From: a virus
Lineage: Duplodnaviria > Caudoviricetes
Reading direction: 5' to 3' (one strand)
DNA: 24,727 nt
IMG/VR virus record: IMGVR_UViG_3300024042_000050
Coordinates: 1-24,727 of that record
Below the pieces are notes generated by a model. The model did no database searches. It saw nothing but the letters and a program-made list of their open reading frames with translations, and was not told the origin of the DNA. Shown piece after piece: positions 9,059 through 17,175 of the stretch (positions are counted from its first letter, which is position 1; each line of letters starts with the position of its first letter). The position numbers were made by a program, and so were the translations under genes.

Positions 9059-9448
9059 CTACCCCCCTTCCATGTACCCGGCCCACCCTCCCCCACGCGC
9101 ACGCCGCTGGCCGCGCTCGCGTTCAGCTTTGCTCTTGGCGTCGTGGCAGTCCCGGCACAGGCCCTGGACGTTCGCGTCATCGTCGGCCCCGCCTTCTTCG
9201 AGCGACACGATGTGGTCGCGCTGGGTGGCGAGGGTGACGCGGCCGTGGCGCTTGCACTCAGCGCACAGCGGGTCTCGGGCGAACAGTTCGGCGCGTGCCT
9301 TCTGCAGTCGGCGGCCCGTCATGCGCTTGGCAGCTGTGTGCGGCTTCGACCAGACCGTCTTCGGGTGCTTCGCGCACCGGCCAGAGCCATCGCGCACAAG
9401 CACGCCGCAGCCGGGGTGACTGCAGGGACGCGGGGCAGCAATGGGCAT
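9059..9448 (-). CDS. HNH endonuclease (HK97 gp74-like terminase cofactor)
   Basis: PRPCSHPGC, PLCAEC, DHIVSLEEGG, NVQGLCRDCH motifs; upstream of terS. Confidence 0.92.
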   Translation of the reverse strand: MPIAAPRPCSHPGCGVLVRDGSGRCAKHPKTVWSKPHTAAKRMTGRRLQKARAELFARDPLCAECKRHGRVTLATQRDHIVSLEEGGADDDANVQGLCRDCHDAKSKAERERGQRRARGGGWAGYMEGG

Positions 9449-9465
9449 GGGGGAGGGGCAACGGG

Positions 9466-9502
9466 AAAAAGAAAACCCCGTCACGCTTTCGCATGCCGGG
9501 GT
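9466..9502 (-). terminator. Late terminator (tR'-like)
   Basis: Minus strand ACCCCGGCATGC-GAAA-GCGTGACGGGGT followed by TTTCTTTTT. Confidence 0.8.
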
Positions 9503-9556
9503 CGTGGTGCAGTGCCGTTGTGCGCGGTGGGGACGCAACAACAACACAGTGCCTGA

Positions 9557-9584
9557 AATGTACTCAAAAAGTCTAAGGTGTAAA
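9557..9584 (-). promoter_or_regulatory. Late promoter (pR'-like)
   Basis: Minus strand TTTACA-16 nt-TACATT in an AT-rich patch between the Q-like gene and the terminator. Confidence 0.7.
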
Positions 9585-9598
9585 ACTCCCTCGCGCGT

Positions 9599-10018
9599 CT
9601 ATAGCTCGCCGCGCTCCCTGCGGGCTATTGCCATTGCGCGCTGGCGTTCACGCTCCACGGCGCGCGCATCCAGCCAGGCGGCGATGGCGTGGTCTGCTGC
9701 ATCCAGCTGCGCCTTGATCGTGGACTCGGCCCGCTGCATGCGCCTGGCCGTTTGCTTGATGCCCAGGTCTTTCAGGTAGATACAGTCCAGCGTGATGTAG
9801 AGATGGCCCCGGCCCAACTTGAGTGCCGTCACGGCTTCGTCGGTCTCGGCCGCCTCCTCCTCGAAGTGCGGGATGCTGGCGCCGTTGTAGCTGCCTCGGT
9901 TCCACACGTCCACGGCCAGGATGTTGCGCGCGTGGAACCCCAGGCCTGCATCGTTCTGCCGCGCCTTCCACAGCGCCCAGTTGTCCAGGCGCCGCTTGAT
10001 GTACTCAATCCGCGCCAT
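9599..10018 (-). CDS. Q-like late antiterminator
   Basis: IKRRLDNWALW N-terminus, sigma4-like HTH at C-terminus, followed by promoter plus terminator. Confidence 0.75.
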   Translation of the reverse strand: MARIEYIKRRLDNWALWKARQNDAGLGFHARNILAVDVWNRGSYNGASIPHFEEEAAETDEAVTALKLGRGHLYITLDCIYLKDLGIKQTARRMQRAESTIKAQLDAADHAIAAWLDARAVERERQRAMAIARRERGEL

Positions 10019-10349
10019 GCTGCACCCCGCCGTCCTCGCCCGCCGCCCTGCCCTGCCACACGCGCTCCGGCCAAATGCACACGTGTGTACAGCCCATCTC
10101 GACCATGAAACCAGCCGCATCCTTCAGCACGCCACTGGGCAGGCCTGCGGGCTGGCCCACGACGTGGCCGTTTTCCACCGCGTAGAAGCACCCCGGCTCG
10201 CCCCGCAAGCCACGGCGCACCAGCGCATAGGCTTCCTTACCAAAGTGCACCGCCCGATCCTCGATACACGCCAGGGTCTCAGGCATATGCCGCTTGATGG
10301 TCTCCAGCCGGTACGCCATCAAGACATCGCTGTTCTTCGCCGCTGTCAT
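10005..10349 (-). CDS. Hypothetical phage protein
   Basis: 114 aa, MPETLACI...VRRGLRGEPGCFYAVENGHVVG; GGAG upstream; overlaps the Q-like start. Confidence 0.7.
   Translation of the reverse strand: MTAAKNSDVLMAYRLETIKRHMPETLACIEDRAVHFGKEAYALVRRGLRGEPGCFYAVENGHVVGQPAGLPSGVLKDAAGFMVEMGCTHVCIWPERVWQGRAAGEDGGVQHGAD
10075..10090. repeat. Dispersed palindrome, copy 3 (ATGCACACGTGTGTAC)
   Basis: 14/16 match to consensus. Confidence 0.75.
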
Positions 10350-10369
10350 TCCTGCCGCTCCTTTCCGGG

Positions 10370-10575
10370 CCGTCCACCCGTCCACCAATTTCATAGACCT
10401 CTTACACACACAACAGGAGTTCCACCCGCGCGCGACCGCGCCCGCACACACCCCTGCGCCTGCGCCCACATCTAGGGCGCTCAGATTCATTCAGACAATG
10501 CAGCGGCTTCGACTGGTGAAATGGCCCACTGCCCACCGCCGTGCACTCCATGGCAAACCCTGGACGGCTGGACGG
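10370..10575. repeat. Inverted pair of tandem heptamers; candidate replication origin
   Basis: CCGTCCA-C-CCGTCCA (10370-10384) faces TGGACGG-C-TGGACGG (10561-10575) in the gap downstream of the primase-helicase. Confidence 0.55.
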
Positions 10576-10761
10576 CATGCACACGCATGCCCCAGCGCCA
10601 GGCCGCCTGACCTATGCCCCTACGTCATAGGCCACCCGCGCAATGACATCCCCGCGCCCGTGCCGCAACGCTGGCCGCGAATCGCGCCTCTCGCCAGCGT
10701 TGCGCCACAGCGCGTTTCACGCACCGCAGGCTTTTCCGGCGCCGTGCGCGCCGATCCCTGC

Positions 10762-13470
10762 TCATAGCGGTGCATAGTCATCGTCCTCTGGCCACGCCGC
10801 CGCAGCGGGCGGTGTGGCGTGTTCTGCCCCCCCGTCCTGCGCCACTGGCGGCACAGGATCGGCAGAGCCGTTCTCTTCGTCATCCTGGAACACGGGCGGC
10901 CACACAGCAGGGCGGCTGAACCCGCGCCTGCGCTGCCCGCCGCCCTCGCGGCCGTACTCCCAGCCGTGTTCGTTGAGCCAGTCCCGCACCTGACCTTCCA
11001 GCACGTTGCTGGACTTGCCAGGATCGGCACCCAGCGCCTGCACCAGGTCGGGAATGGTCACGAAGGCGGTATGCACGTTGAACCCCACCGTGGCCTTGGC
11101 CTCCAGGGGGGGCGCGCCATCACGGGTCAGCAATGCCCACAACCGCCCCTGCACGCCGGTTTCCACGAGGCGCAGCTCCTGTTCGGGGTAGAAGTAGGTG
11201 CGTTCCTCCTCGGGCGTGGGGTAGTACCGCTCGCCTTGCTGGAACAGGTGCAGCGCCTCAGCAAAGAGCTGCGCGCGGAACTTGCGCAGCCATTCCAGAT
11301 TGGCGCGGCCGGGCACCATTACGGGCCAGAAGCGCCGGTTGCCCGTGATGTCGAACAGGTACTGCCGTTTGTTGGTGGTGCACCAAATCACGCACTGGCG
11401 CGGGTGATCCTGCACATAGCGGCCATAGGCGCCCCGGTAGCGATCCTTGCGGCTGCTGAAGAACGCCTTCACCGATTCGCTGTCGGCACGGCGGAAGGAT
11501 GTCATCTCCGACATTTCATAGGCCACGATGCCGCTGATCTGTTCGTAGCCATCCTTGCCCGAGCCGATGTCGAAATGGGTGTCACTGAAGAATTCATCAC
11601 CCACCAGCGCGCGCACCAGCGAAGACTTGCCAATGCCGCCCTTGCCCTCCAGCACCACCGAGTAATCGAACTGGCACCCCGGGCTCATCACGCGGGCCAC
11701 GTGGCCCATCACGATGTACTTCGAGACCATCTGCAGGTAGCGCAGGCGGCGCGGCTTCAAGTCGCCTGGTGTGAGGCCCAGAACGTGGATCAACCACTTC
11801 TCCAGGCGCGGCTTCTTGTCCCAGGCCTGGGCCTTGATCCAGTCCCGGAAGGGATGCACCCGGTTTTCATCAGCCGCCACGTTGATGGCCTGCTCAGTGG
11901 TCTGCGCACTGGCCTCGGCCGTACCGTAGTGCGATTCGATCCAGTCCGCCAGGCGCAACACATCGGCATCCACCAGCGGCCCCGGCGCATTGCGCCAGGG
12001 GAAGGGCTTGACCGCCACCGGGCGCTCGCGCAGTTCATCGAACGCCACGCACCCCGCCAAACCTGGCGCGCTGCGAAGCGCTTCAATGATTGCGCCCCGG
12101 CGCGGCCGCAGCAGCCACCGGCCGCGCAGCCGCAGGCGTACCACCTCATCATCGAGGTACGCCCCAAACGGATCATCATCGCAATCCTCCCCGCCACCCG
12201 CGCCATGACCGGCGCCAGCCGAGGGTTCGCGTTTTTTGGGCGGGTCGCCCCCGCCATCCTTGCCGCCCCCTGCTGGCGCAGGCTCAGGCGCAGGGACGTC
12301 GGCCAGCAGCGGCTGGGCTGTGCCGAAGAACGCCATCACGCGCTCAAAGTCCCAGCCGTCCGTCTCGATGGCATCGCGGCAGTCCCAGCCCGAGGGCTTG
12401 ATGCCGGGCTTGTCGATGGGCAGCAGCTGCACGGTGCATGCGTGCGTGTCGCGCAGCAGCGCGCCGATCCCCAGCGCGGCCTTCATGCCCGGCTGCTTCT
12501 CGAAAGCCAGGAAAGGCTTCACAGCACGCAGGGCCTCGCGCGCCTCCTCGTCTGGGTGCGCTTTCAGCTCGTCCCGCGTCAGCGGCTCTCGCAACGAATC
12601 GCAGTCGGGCCAGATGATGACCGTGCAATCCGCCAGCCAGTCCCACAGCGCCTTTGCCCAGGCTTCGGCGCCACCTGGCCAGCTCACCACGCAATACACG
12701 CCCGGCGCCCCGGCATCCAGCAGGCGCTGCAGCGCATCGGCCTTGACCTCGCCCTCCACGATGACGACAGTGCGCCCCTCGGGCATACGCCCGCCAGGAA
12801 AGTACAGCGGACGCGGATCAGCCCAAAAGCGCCACTTCCACGTCTCAGTGCCATCGCGCAGGCTGCGCGCGTAGGTGTAGGGGATGGTGACCTTGTCGCC
12901 GTCGCTCTTCACGAAGCGCACGACGAAACCATACAAGTCATCGCCCACCTGGTAGCGCGCGGTGTGCTGGATCTTGTCCTTGCTGCGCTCCGGCGCAGGG
13001 TGCCAGAAAGTGGGCTGCACATGGTGCGCTGGCGCTGGCTTGATGGTCTCCCACTTCTCTGAGTCGCGCGCGGGCTTGTCAGCCTTGGGCGGCGCCGCCG
13101 GGCGCAGTGGCCGAGGCGTAGGCACGGCACCAGCGGCGGCGCGCTTCACCAGGCCCGCTACATCCTCCAGGCCGTATTCGCGCGCCACCTGTATGGCGGC
13201 CTTGCCCTTGGAGAGATCGTTGACTGCCGCATACAGGTCGATCAGGCTTCGCCCGCTCTCGCCCGTGGCGAAGTCCTTCCACAGGCCCGAGACCACATTG
13301 ACCTTGCAGCTGTCGCCCTTGCCACCGGCCAGCGAGCCGCACACGTATTCGTCGGTGGACTTCTCGAACACTCCACCCTGCAACCATTCCTTGACCAGGC
13401 GCTCCGCATCGCGGAGCAAGGCAGCGGCCAGTTCGTCGTACTTGATGGGTGGCAACTCTTCACGCGCCAT
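10762..13470 (-). CDS. Primase-helicase: Toprim primase plus VapE-type P-loop ATPase plus C-terminal winged-helix-like domain
   Basis: VVIVEGEVKAD and WPDCD Toprim motifs; GKGGIGKS Walker A; AYEMSE, YRGAYGR, CTTN, GNRRFWPV. Confidence 0.9.
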   Translation of the reverse strand: MAREELPPIKYDELAAALLRDAERLVKEWLQGGVFEKSTDEYVCGSLAGGKGDSCKVNVVSGLWKDFATGESGRSLIDLYAAVNDLSKGKAAIQVAREYGLEDVAGLVKRAAAGAVPTPRPLRPAAPPKADKPARDSEKWETIKPAPAHHVQPTFWHPAPERSKDKIQHTARYQVGDDLYGFVVRFVKSDGDKVTIPYTYARSLRDGTETWKWRFWADPRPLYFPGGRMPEGRTVVIVEGEVKADALQRLLDAGAPGVYCVVSWPGGAEAWAKALWDWLADCTVIIWPDCDSLREPLTRDELKAHPDEEAREALRAVKPFLAFEKQPGMKAALGIGALLRDTHACTVQLLPIDKPGIKPSGWDCRDAIETDGWDFERVMAFFGTAQPLLADVPAPEPAPAGGGKDGGGDPPKKREPSAGAGHGAGGGEDCDDDPFGAYLDDEVVRLRLRGRWLLRPRRGAIIEALRSAPGLAGCVAFDELRERPVAVKPFPWRNAPGPLVDADVLRLADWIESHYGTAEASAQTTEQAINVAADENRVHPFRDWIKAQAWDKKPRLEKWLIHVLGLTPGDLKPRRLRYLQMVSKYIVMGHVARVMSPGCQFDYSVVLEGKGGIGKSSLVRALVGDEFFSDTHFDIGSGKDGYEQISGIVAYEMSEMTSFRRADSESVKAFFSSRKDRYRGAYGRYVQDHPRQCVIWCTTNKRQYLFDITGNRRFWPVMVPGRANLEWLRKFRAQLFAEALHLFQQGERYYPTPEEERTYFYPEQELRLVETGVQGRLWALLTRDGAPPLEAKATVGFNVHTAFVTIPDLVQALGADPGKSSNVLEGQVRDWLNEHGWEYGREGGGQRRRGFSRPAVWPPVFQDDEENGSADPVPPVAQDGGAEHATPPAAAAWPEDDDYAPL

Positions 13471-13525
13471 GCACACCCCCACAAACCGGCGTCCCACCAC
13501 CGGCGGCTTGCATCACAACCATGGC

Positions 13526-13828
13526 CTACCCCCAGGCGCGCAAGAGCTGCGCCATGCCTGCATCGTTCGCGGCCGAGGCCTGGGCCGCCATGGCGGCAGG
13601 GAGGTACTCGGCCACGGGGCGGTTGCGGTAGGGCACCCGGCGGGTGCGCAGCACCACCAGTACGCCAGCACGGCGCATGTTCTTGACGGTGCCCTCGGCC
13701 GCATCCCGTCCCACGCGCGCCTCGGCTGCCATTTCGCGCAAGGTAGGCCCACACCCAGCTGCAGAGCGCGCTGCCAGGCTCTCGCAGGCCTGCAGCAGCG
13801 CCTGGCGAATCTCTCCGGCTGGCCTCAT
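13526..13828 (-). CDS. Small HTH-like phage protein
   Basis: PTLREMAAEARVGRDAAEGTVKNMRRAG; ATGA coupling with the upstream gene. Confidence 0.7.
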   Translation of the reverse strand: MRPAGEIRQALLQACESLAARSAAGCGPTLREMAAEARVGRDAAEGTVKNMRRAGVLVVLRTRRVPYRNRPVAEYLPAAMAAQASAANDAGMAQLLRAWG

Positions 13829-14319
13829 CGCGCTGCCTCCACAGCCGCACGGTGGCTGAGCACCTCGGCGTCGTGCCGCGCACGCATGTTGCGCAGCAGC
13901 ACCTGGCCAGCGCCCACCACATCGGCCCACTGGCGCTCCAGATCCTCCAGCTCACGCCGGGTAATGCGCCCGTCCGCCTCTACCTTGGCTACGGCCATGA
14001 CGACCTCGGCGCACTCTTTCATGAGGAGCGCCACGTCCTGCGCCGATGCCGAGCGCACATTGCCGTCGCGCGGCAGTAGCACCAGCATGCCGCCCACCGC
14101 ATCGACCAGGGTGTTGGCATAGGCCAACGCGTGTTCACCGCCCTGCTCTTGCGCCAGCACCGTGATTTCGAGGGCATCTACAGCACCCAGCTTGTAGCCG
14201 GGCGTGCCGCGCAGTTCGCGCTCCAGCGTACCGGGCTGCTTTTGCAAGCGCACGGCCATGGCTTCCAGGCCCCCAGGAAAGTGGCGTACCGCGCGCCGGG
14301 CGGCATCAAGCAAACTCAT
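13825..14319 (-). CDS. Phage regulatory CII-family protein
   Basis: FPGGLEAMAVRL...TLERELR and DGRITRRE motifs; downstream of cro. Confidence 0.75.
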   Translation of the reverse strand: MSLLDAARRAVRHFPGGLEAMAVRLQKQPGTLERELRGTPGYKLGAVDALEITVLAQEQGGEHALAYANTLVDAVGGMLVLLPRDGNVRSASAQDVALLMKECAEVVMAVAKVEADGRITRRELEDLERQWADVVGAGQVLLRNMRARHDAEVLSHRAAVEAAR

Positions 14320-14586
14320 AGTGCAAAACCTCGCGTGAAGGGCTATGGATGGACAGGCGCGCGCCTGCGAGACTGCGCACCATGGAGAGAAGAAGAAAAA
14401 GCCACCCGCCCCGCAGCCATGCGAAACACCGCGTACCTTCCCGCGCGCGGCGTACCAACAGCATGAAGGGAGAGGAGCAACCCCCTGGCGGCATGGCCTG
14501 GAGCGGTGCGGGTGGGGAAAAGGGCGCCCGCCCTGCCCTGGCATACGATGGGAGTTCCCACACAACCATCGCCAAGGAGGGCGGAC

Positions 14587-14793
14587 ATGGAAAAAGAAGA
14601 GTTCCTGGCCAGGCACACTTTCAGCGACCAAGGCCTAGACACCTGGCGGCGTGTTGCCGAAACCTTGATGCAAGACCCGAAGCTGGAACCCATACGCACG
14701 GCAAAGCTGCTGGGACTGCTTATCGAACGGCTGGAGCAGAAGGAACTGCTCGACATGTCCGAGATCGACGAGATGCTGATCGCGGTCGTATAG
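14587..14793 (+). CDS. Small acidic hypothetical protein, antisense to the pR operon
   Basis: AAGGAGG RBS 14574-14580, ATG 14587, 68-aa helical-looking protein. Confidence 0.7.
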   Translation: MEKEEFLARHTFSDQGLDTWRRVAETLMQDPKLEPIRTAKLLGLLIERLEQKELLDMSEIDEMLIAVV

Positions 14794-14939
14794 CGAACCG
14801 TCATCGCGCCACCCCTCTCGCCTCGCGCCACACTCGCACACGGCGCAGTTCCGCCTCGTATGCAATGCGACGCAGGCGCTGGGATGGCTTTTCTCGCCCT
14901 GCTGGCAATGCAGGCCGGTGGGCAGGAAGAAGTGGCGGC

Positions 14940-15227
14940 CTACGCATGGGCCGCCCCCTGTGCTGCAGTAGCGGCAGCGGCTACGCCAGACCCAGGACTC
15001 AAGGGCGTCCTGCTTGCCAGATAACCCCATTCCACATCTGGGCGCAGCTCTTCCAGCAGAACGCTGCCAGAAGATTCCCGCTCAATGCGAATACACAGCT
15101 CAGCACCCAGCCTGCCACCTGTAGACAGCACTTTTCGGAGATAGCCCAGACTGGTGCCACACCGCACCGCGAACGCGGCTTGGTCAGCCAGCGTCAAGCT
15201 GTTGAGGTAAATGCGCAAAGATTCCAT
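14940..15227 (-). CDS. Cro/YdaS-like repressor
   Basis: QAAFAVRCGTSLGYLRK HTH and IERESSGSV..EELRPDVEW motif; divergent from cI. Confidence 0.85.
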   Translation of the reverse strand: MESLRIYLNSLTLADQAAFAVRCGTSLGYLRKVLSTGGRLGAELCIRIERESSGSVLLEELRPDVEWGYLASRTPLSPGSGVAAAATAAQGAAHA

Positions 15228-15235
15228 GGCGCATT

Positions 15236-15306
15236 ACTATACCCCAGGGTAAACAAATTACCGATACCCCTGGCACATTTACCTATTGGTATGCGCCCGG
15301 GAGAAT
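15236..15306. promoter_or_regulatory. OR-like operator and divergent promoter region
   Basis: TACC-CCAG-GGTA (15240-15251), degenerate TACC-CCTG-GCAC (15265-15276), TACC-TATT-GGTA (15280-15291); TTTACC-17-GAGAAT toward cI; TATAGT -10 toward cro. Confidence 0.75.
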
Positions 15307-15313
15307 GCCGCGC

Positions 15314-15814
15314 ATGAGTACCCCCGAAGAACTAGAGCACTGGCGCCTACGCCTGTCAGAGCTTGTCGAATGCCTGAAAGCCACGCGGGGCATGAACCAA
15401 AGGGCCGTAGCCGATCAAGCAGGCATCGCACCCGACTACCTTTCACGCCTGCTGTACGCCCCCGAGAAAAAGGGGCGCAAGAACCTTGGCATGGACACCA
15501 TGCGCAAAATCTGCGCTGGCTTTGAACTCGACCCGAACTGGTTTGATCTGCCCTTGGGGGCGGCCCTACCCCGTGACGATGCGGCCACTGCCGCGCCAGA
15601 ATTCGTGCTCCGTGAGGCCAACGAAGGCACAAAGTCTGTCCGCCCTCAAATCCTGTGGCCCTTCCCGCTTGTCACATATCGACGGGTTCAGGATCTAAAG
15701 GCCGCTCTCGGGCCGAGGCTCGGACATGAAGCCATGATGGACATTGGCAAGACCCTTGATGTGATCGTGACCAAATGGGAACGCGAGGCCATCGCCCGAA
15801 AAAGCCGTGCCTAG
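15314..15814 (+). CDS. CI-like XRE-family repressor without an S24 peptidase domain
   Basis: MNQRAVADQAGIAPDYLSRL HTH, WFD motif; divergent from cro; start 15314 or 15305. Confidence 0.8.
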   Translation: MSTPEELEHWRLRLSELVECLKATRGMNQRAVADQAGIAPDYLSRLLYAPEKKGRKNLGMDTMRKICAGFELDPNWFDLPLGAALPRDDAATAAPEFVLREANEGTKSVRPQILWPFPLVTYRRVQDLKAALGPRLGHEAMMDIGKTLDVIVTKWEREAIARKSRA

Positions 15815-15856
15815 ACCGTCTGCGACGATCTACTACTTCACCCCTACCACCCCCCC

Positions 15857-17050
15857 CTAGAGCGCGAACGGCTCTATCGTTCGTAGCATGTGCGATTTGC
15901 TCATGTCCCGGCGCAACTCGAAGCGCTCCATCGCCAGCATTGGGTCAAGCAGAGTCAGTTCGTTAAAGTTCAGACCAGACCACGTTGCACGGTCTATCCG
16001 GGCGCTCACCAGGTAATCATCCTGCATGTGCCCTGTCGCTCCATTGGCACGCTGCGAGTAGCCAGACACAACAACCAGCACAACGGATGGCAGCCGGTTG
16101 AACACTACGCCAACCAGCCGAAACAGCACTGCGTGAATGTGCCTGGCGTAGAGCTCTCTCGCCCTGGCATCCGCCAAAGTCTTGACCACCAGCCGATCTG
16201 CGCGCGCAGGGACACTAGCCACCTGGCGCGGCATATCCTCAAACTCCGGCAAGTCAACATCCAGCAGCACCGCCGTGCCGCCCTGTGCCAGCTCATAGCC
16301 AACACTGGTTTCGCGCGGCCACTCCAAATCCTCGAATGCCGCCTCTAACTCTTGCTCCATGAGCGCAGTATCGTGGTGCAGTTGCTCCACCCGCGCCACC
16401 TCAGCAGCCTGCAGGGTATCGTGCTGCGCCTTTTCAGCAGACCACTGCTCCACAGCTCGCCTATGGCGCTCTCGGGCCGCTTGGTGGCTGGCCAGCGCCC
16501 GCGATTTCAACGGAGGCAACAATCGCTGCAAGAGCGTCAGCGGTGCCAGGCGCAGTACAGGCTCATCATCGCCAAAAGGCACCACCACATGCTGACGGCG
16601 CACTAGTGGTGCAGGCGTATCAGTGTGCAAAGACGAAACCGCCTCCATCTCGCCATTGACACGATCACACGCCGCCTGCAACCCCGCCACGATGGCCGCT
16701 TTGTTCTGCTGGCGCAGCACCTTGACCGTCGCTTCGCTCAGGGGATCACCATTCGCATCGAGATAGCGAATCTGGCCATCCTCCGTGAACATGAGTTGCA
16801 CATCAATGGCCTTCGGCACCGCCTGCACTGCTGCAGCCTTCGCACCCCGGCGAGCCGTCCCTGATGGTGCAGACAGCAATTTCCGCGAACTCAAACCTGT
16901 GCCAGGAACGCCGAGGTTCGCGTAAGTGCCACGGCGCGTAAACGATACCGAAGCACCACGCGGCCCCACATTCATGCTCAGACCGTTCATACCCACGTTC
17001 AGCCGCACGCCCGGCGCAATCTTGATCGTTTTACGGAATCGCGTAGCCAT
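15857..17050 (-). CDS. DUF4236-domain accessory protein
   Basis: RFRKTIKIAPGVRLN...GLS..VGPRG...G.PGTGLS N-terminus characteristic of DUF4236; GGAG RBS; codon usage differs from flanks. Confidence 0.8.
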   Translation of the reverse strand: MATRFRKTIKIAPGVRLNVGMNGLSMNVGPRGASVSFTRRGTYANLGVPGTGLSSRKLLSAPSGTARRGAKAAAVQAVPKAIDVQLMFTEDGQIRYLDANGDPLSEATVKVLRQQNKAAIVAGLQAACDRVNGEMEAVSSLHTDTPAPLVRRQHVVVPFGDDEPVLRLAPLTLLQRLLPPLKSRALASHQAARERHRRAVEQWSAEKAQHDTLQAAEVARVEQLHHDTALMEQELEAAFEDLEWPRETSVGYELAQGGTAVLLDVDLPEFEDMPRQVASVPARADRLVVKTLADARARELYARHIHAVLFRLVGVVFNRLPSVVLVVVSGYSQRANGATGHMQDDYLVSARIDRATWSGLNFNELTLLDPMLAMERFELRRDMSKSHMLRTIEPFAL

Positions 17051-17104
17051 AGACCCTCTCCGCATGCAATAACACCTAGCAACATTCTGCCGCATTGCAA
17101 AATT

Positions 17105-17168
17105 TACCCATGGGTATTGACTAATCAATTTACCCGCAGGTACATTACCCACCGTTTACCCAACGGAG
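17105..17168 (+). promoter_or_regulatory. OL/pL-like operator-promoter
   Basis: TACC-CATG-GGTA (17105-17116), TACC-CGCA-GGTA (17131-17142), degenerate sites at 17146 and 17157; TTGACT(17117)-18-TACATT(17141). Confidence 0.75.
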
Positions 17169-17175
17169 GATAGCA

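Noticed and set aside
10819-13062. Long opposite-strand ORFs (747 aa here; also 3301-5067 and 18804-20774)
   Set aside because: GC-rich shadow frames of well-supported genes, with no motifs or RBS
14320-14540. Additional ORFs or ncRNA upstream of the cII-like gene
   Set aside because: Track ORFs are low-complexity without a convincing RBS, and no recognisable RNA family
15841-15857. C-rich tract between cI and the DUF4236 gene as a terminator or phase-variable site
   Set aside because: No stem-loop, intergenic between stop codons, no supportable function
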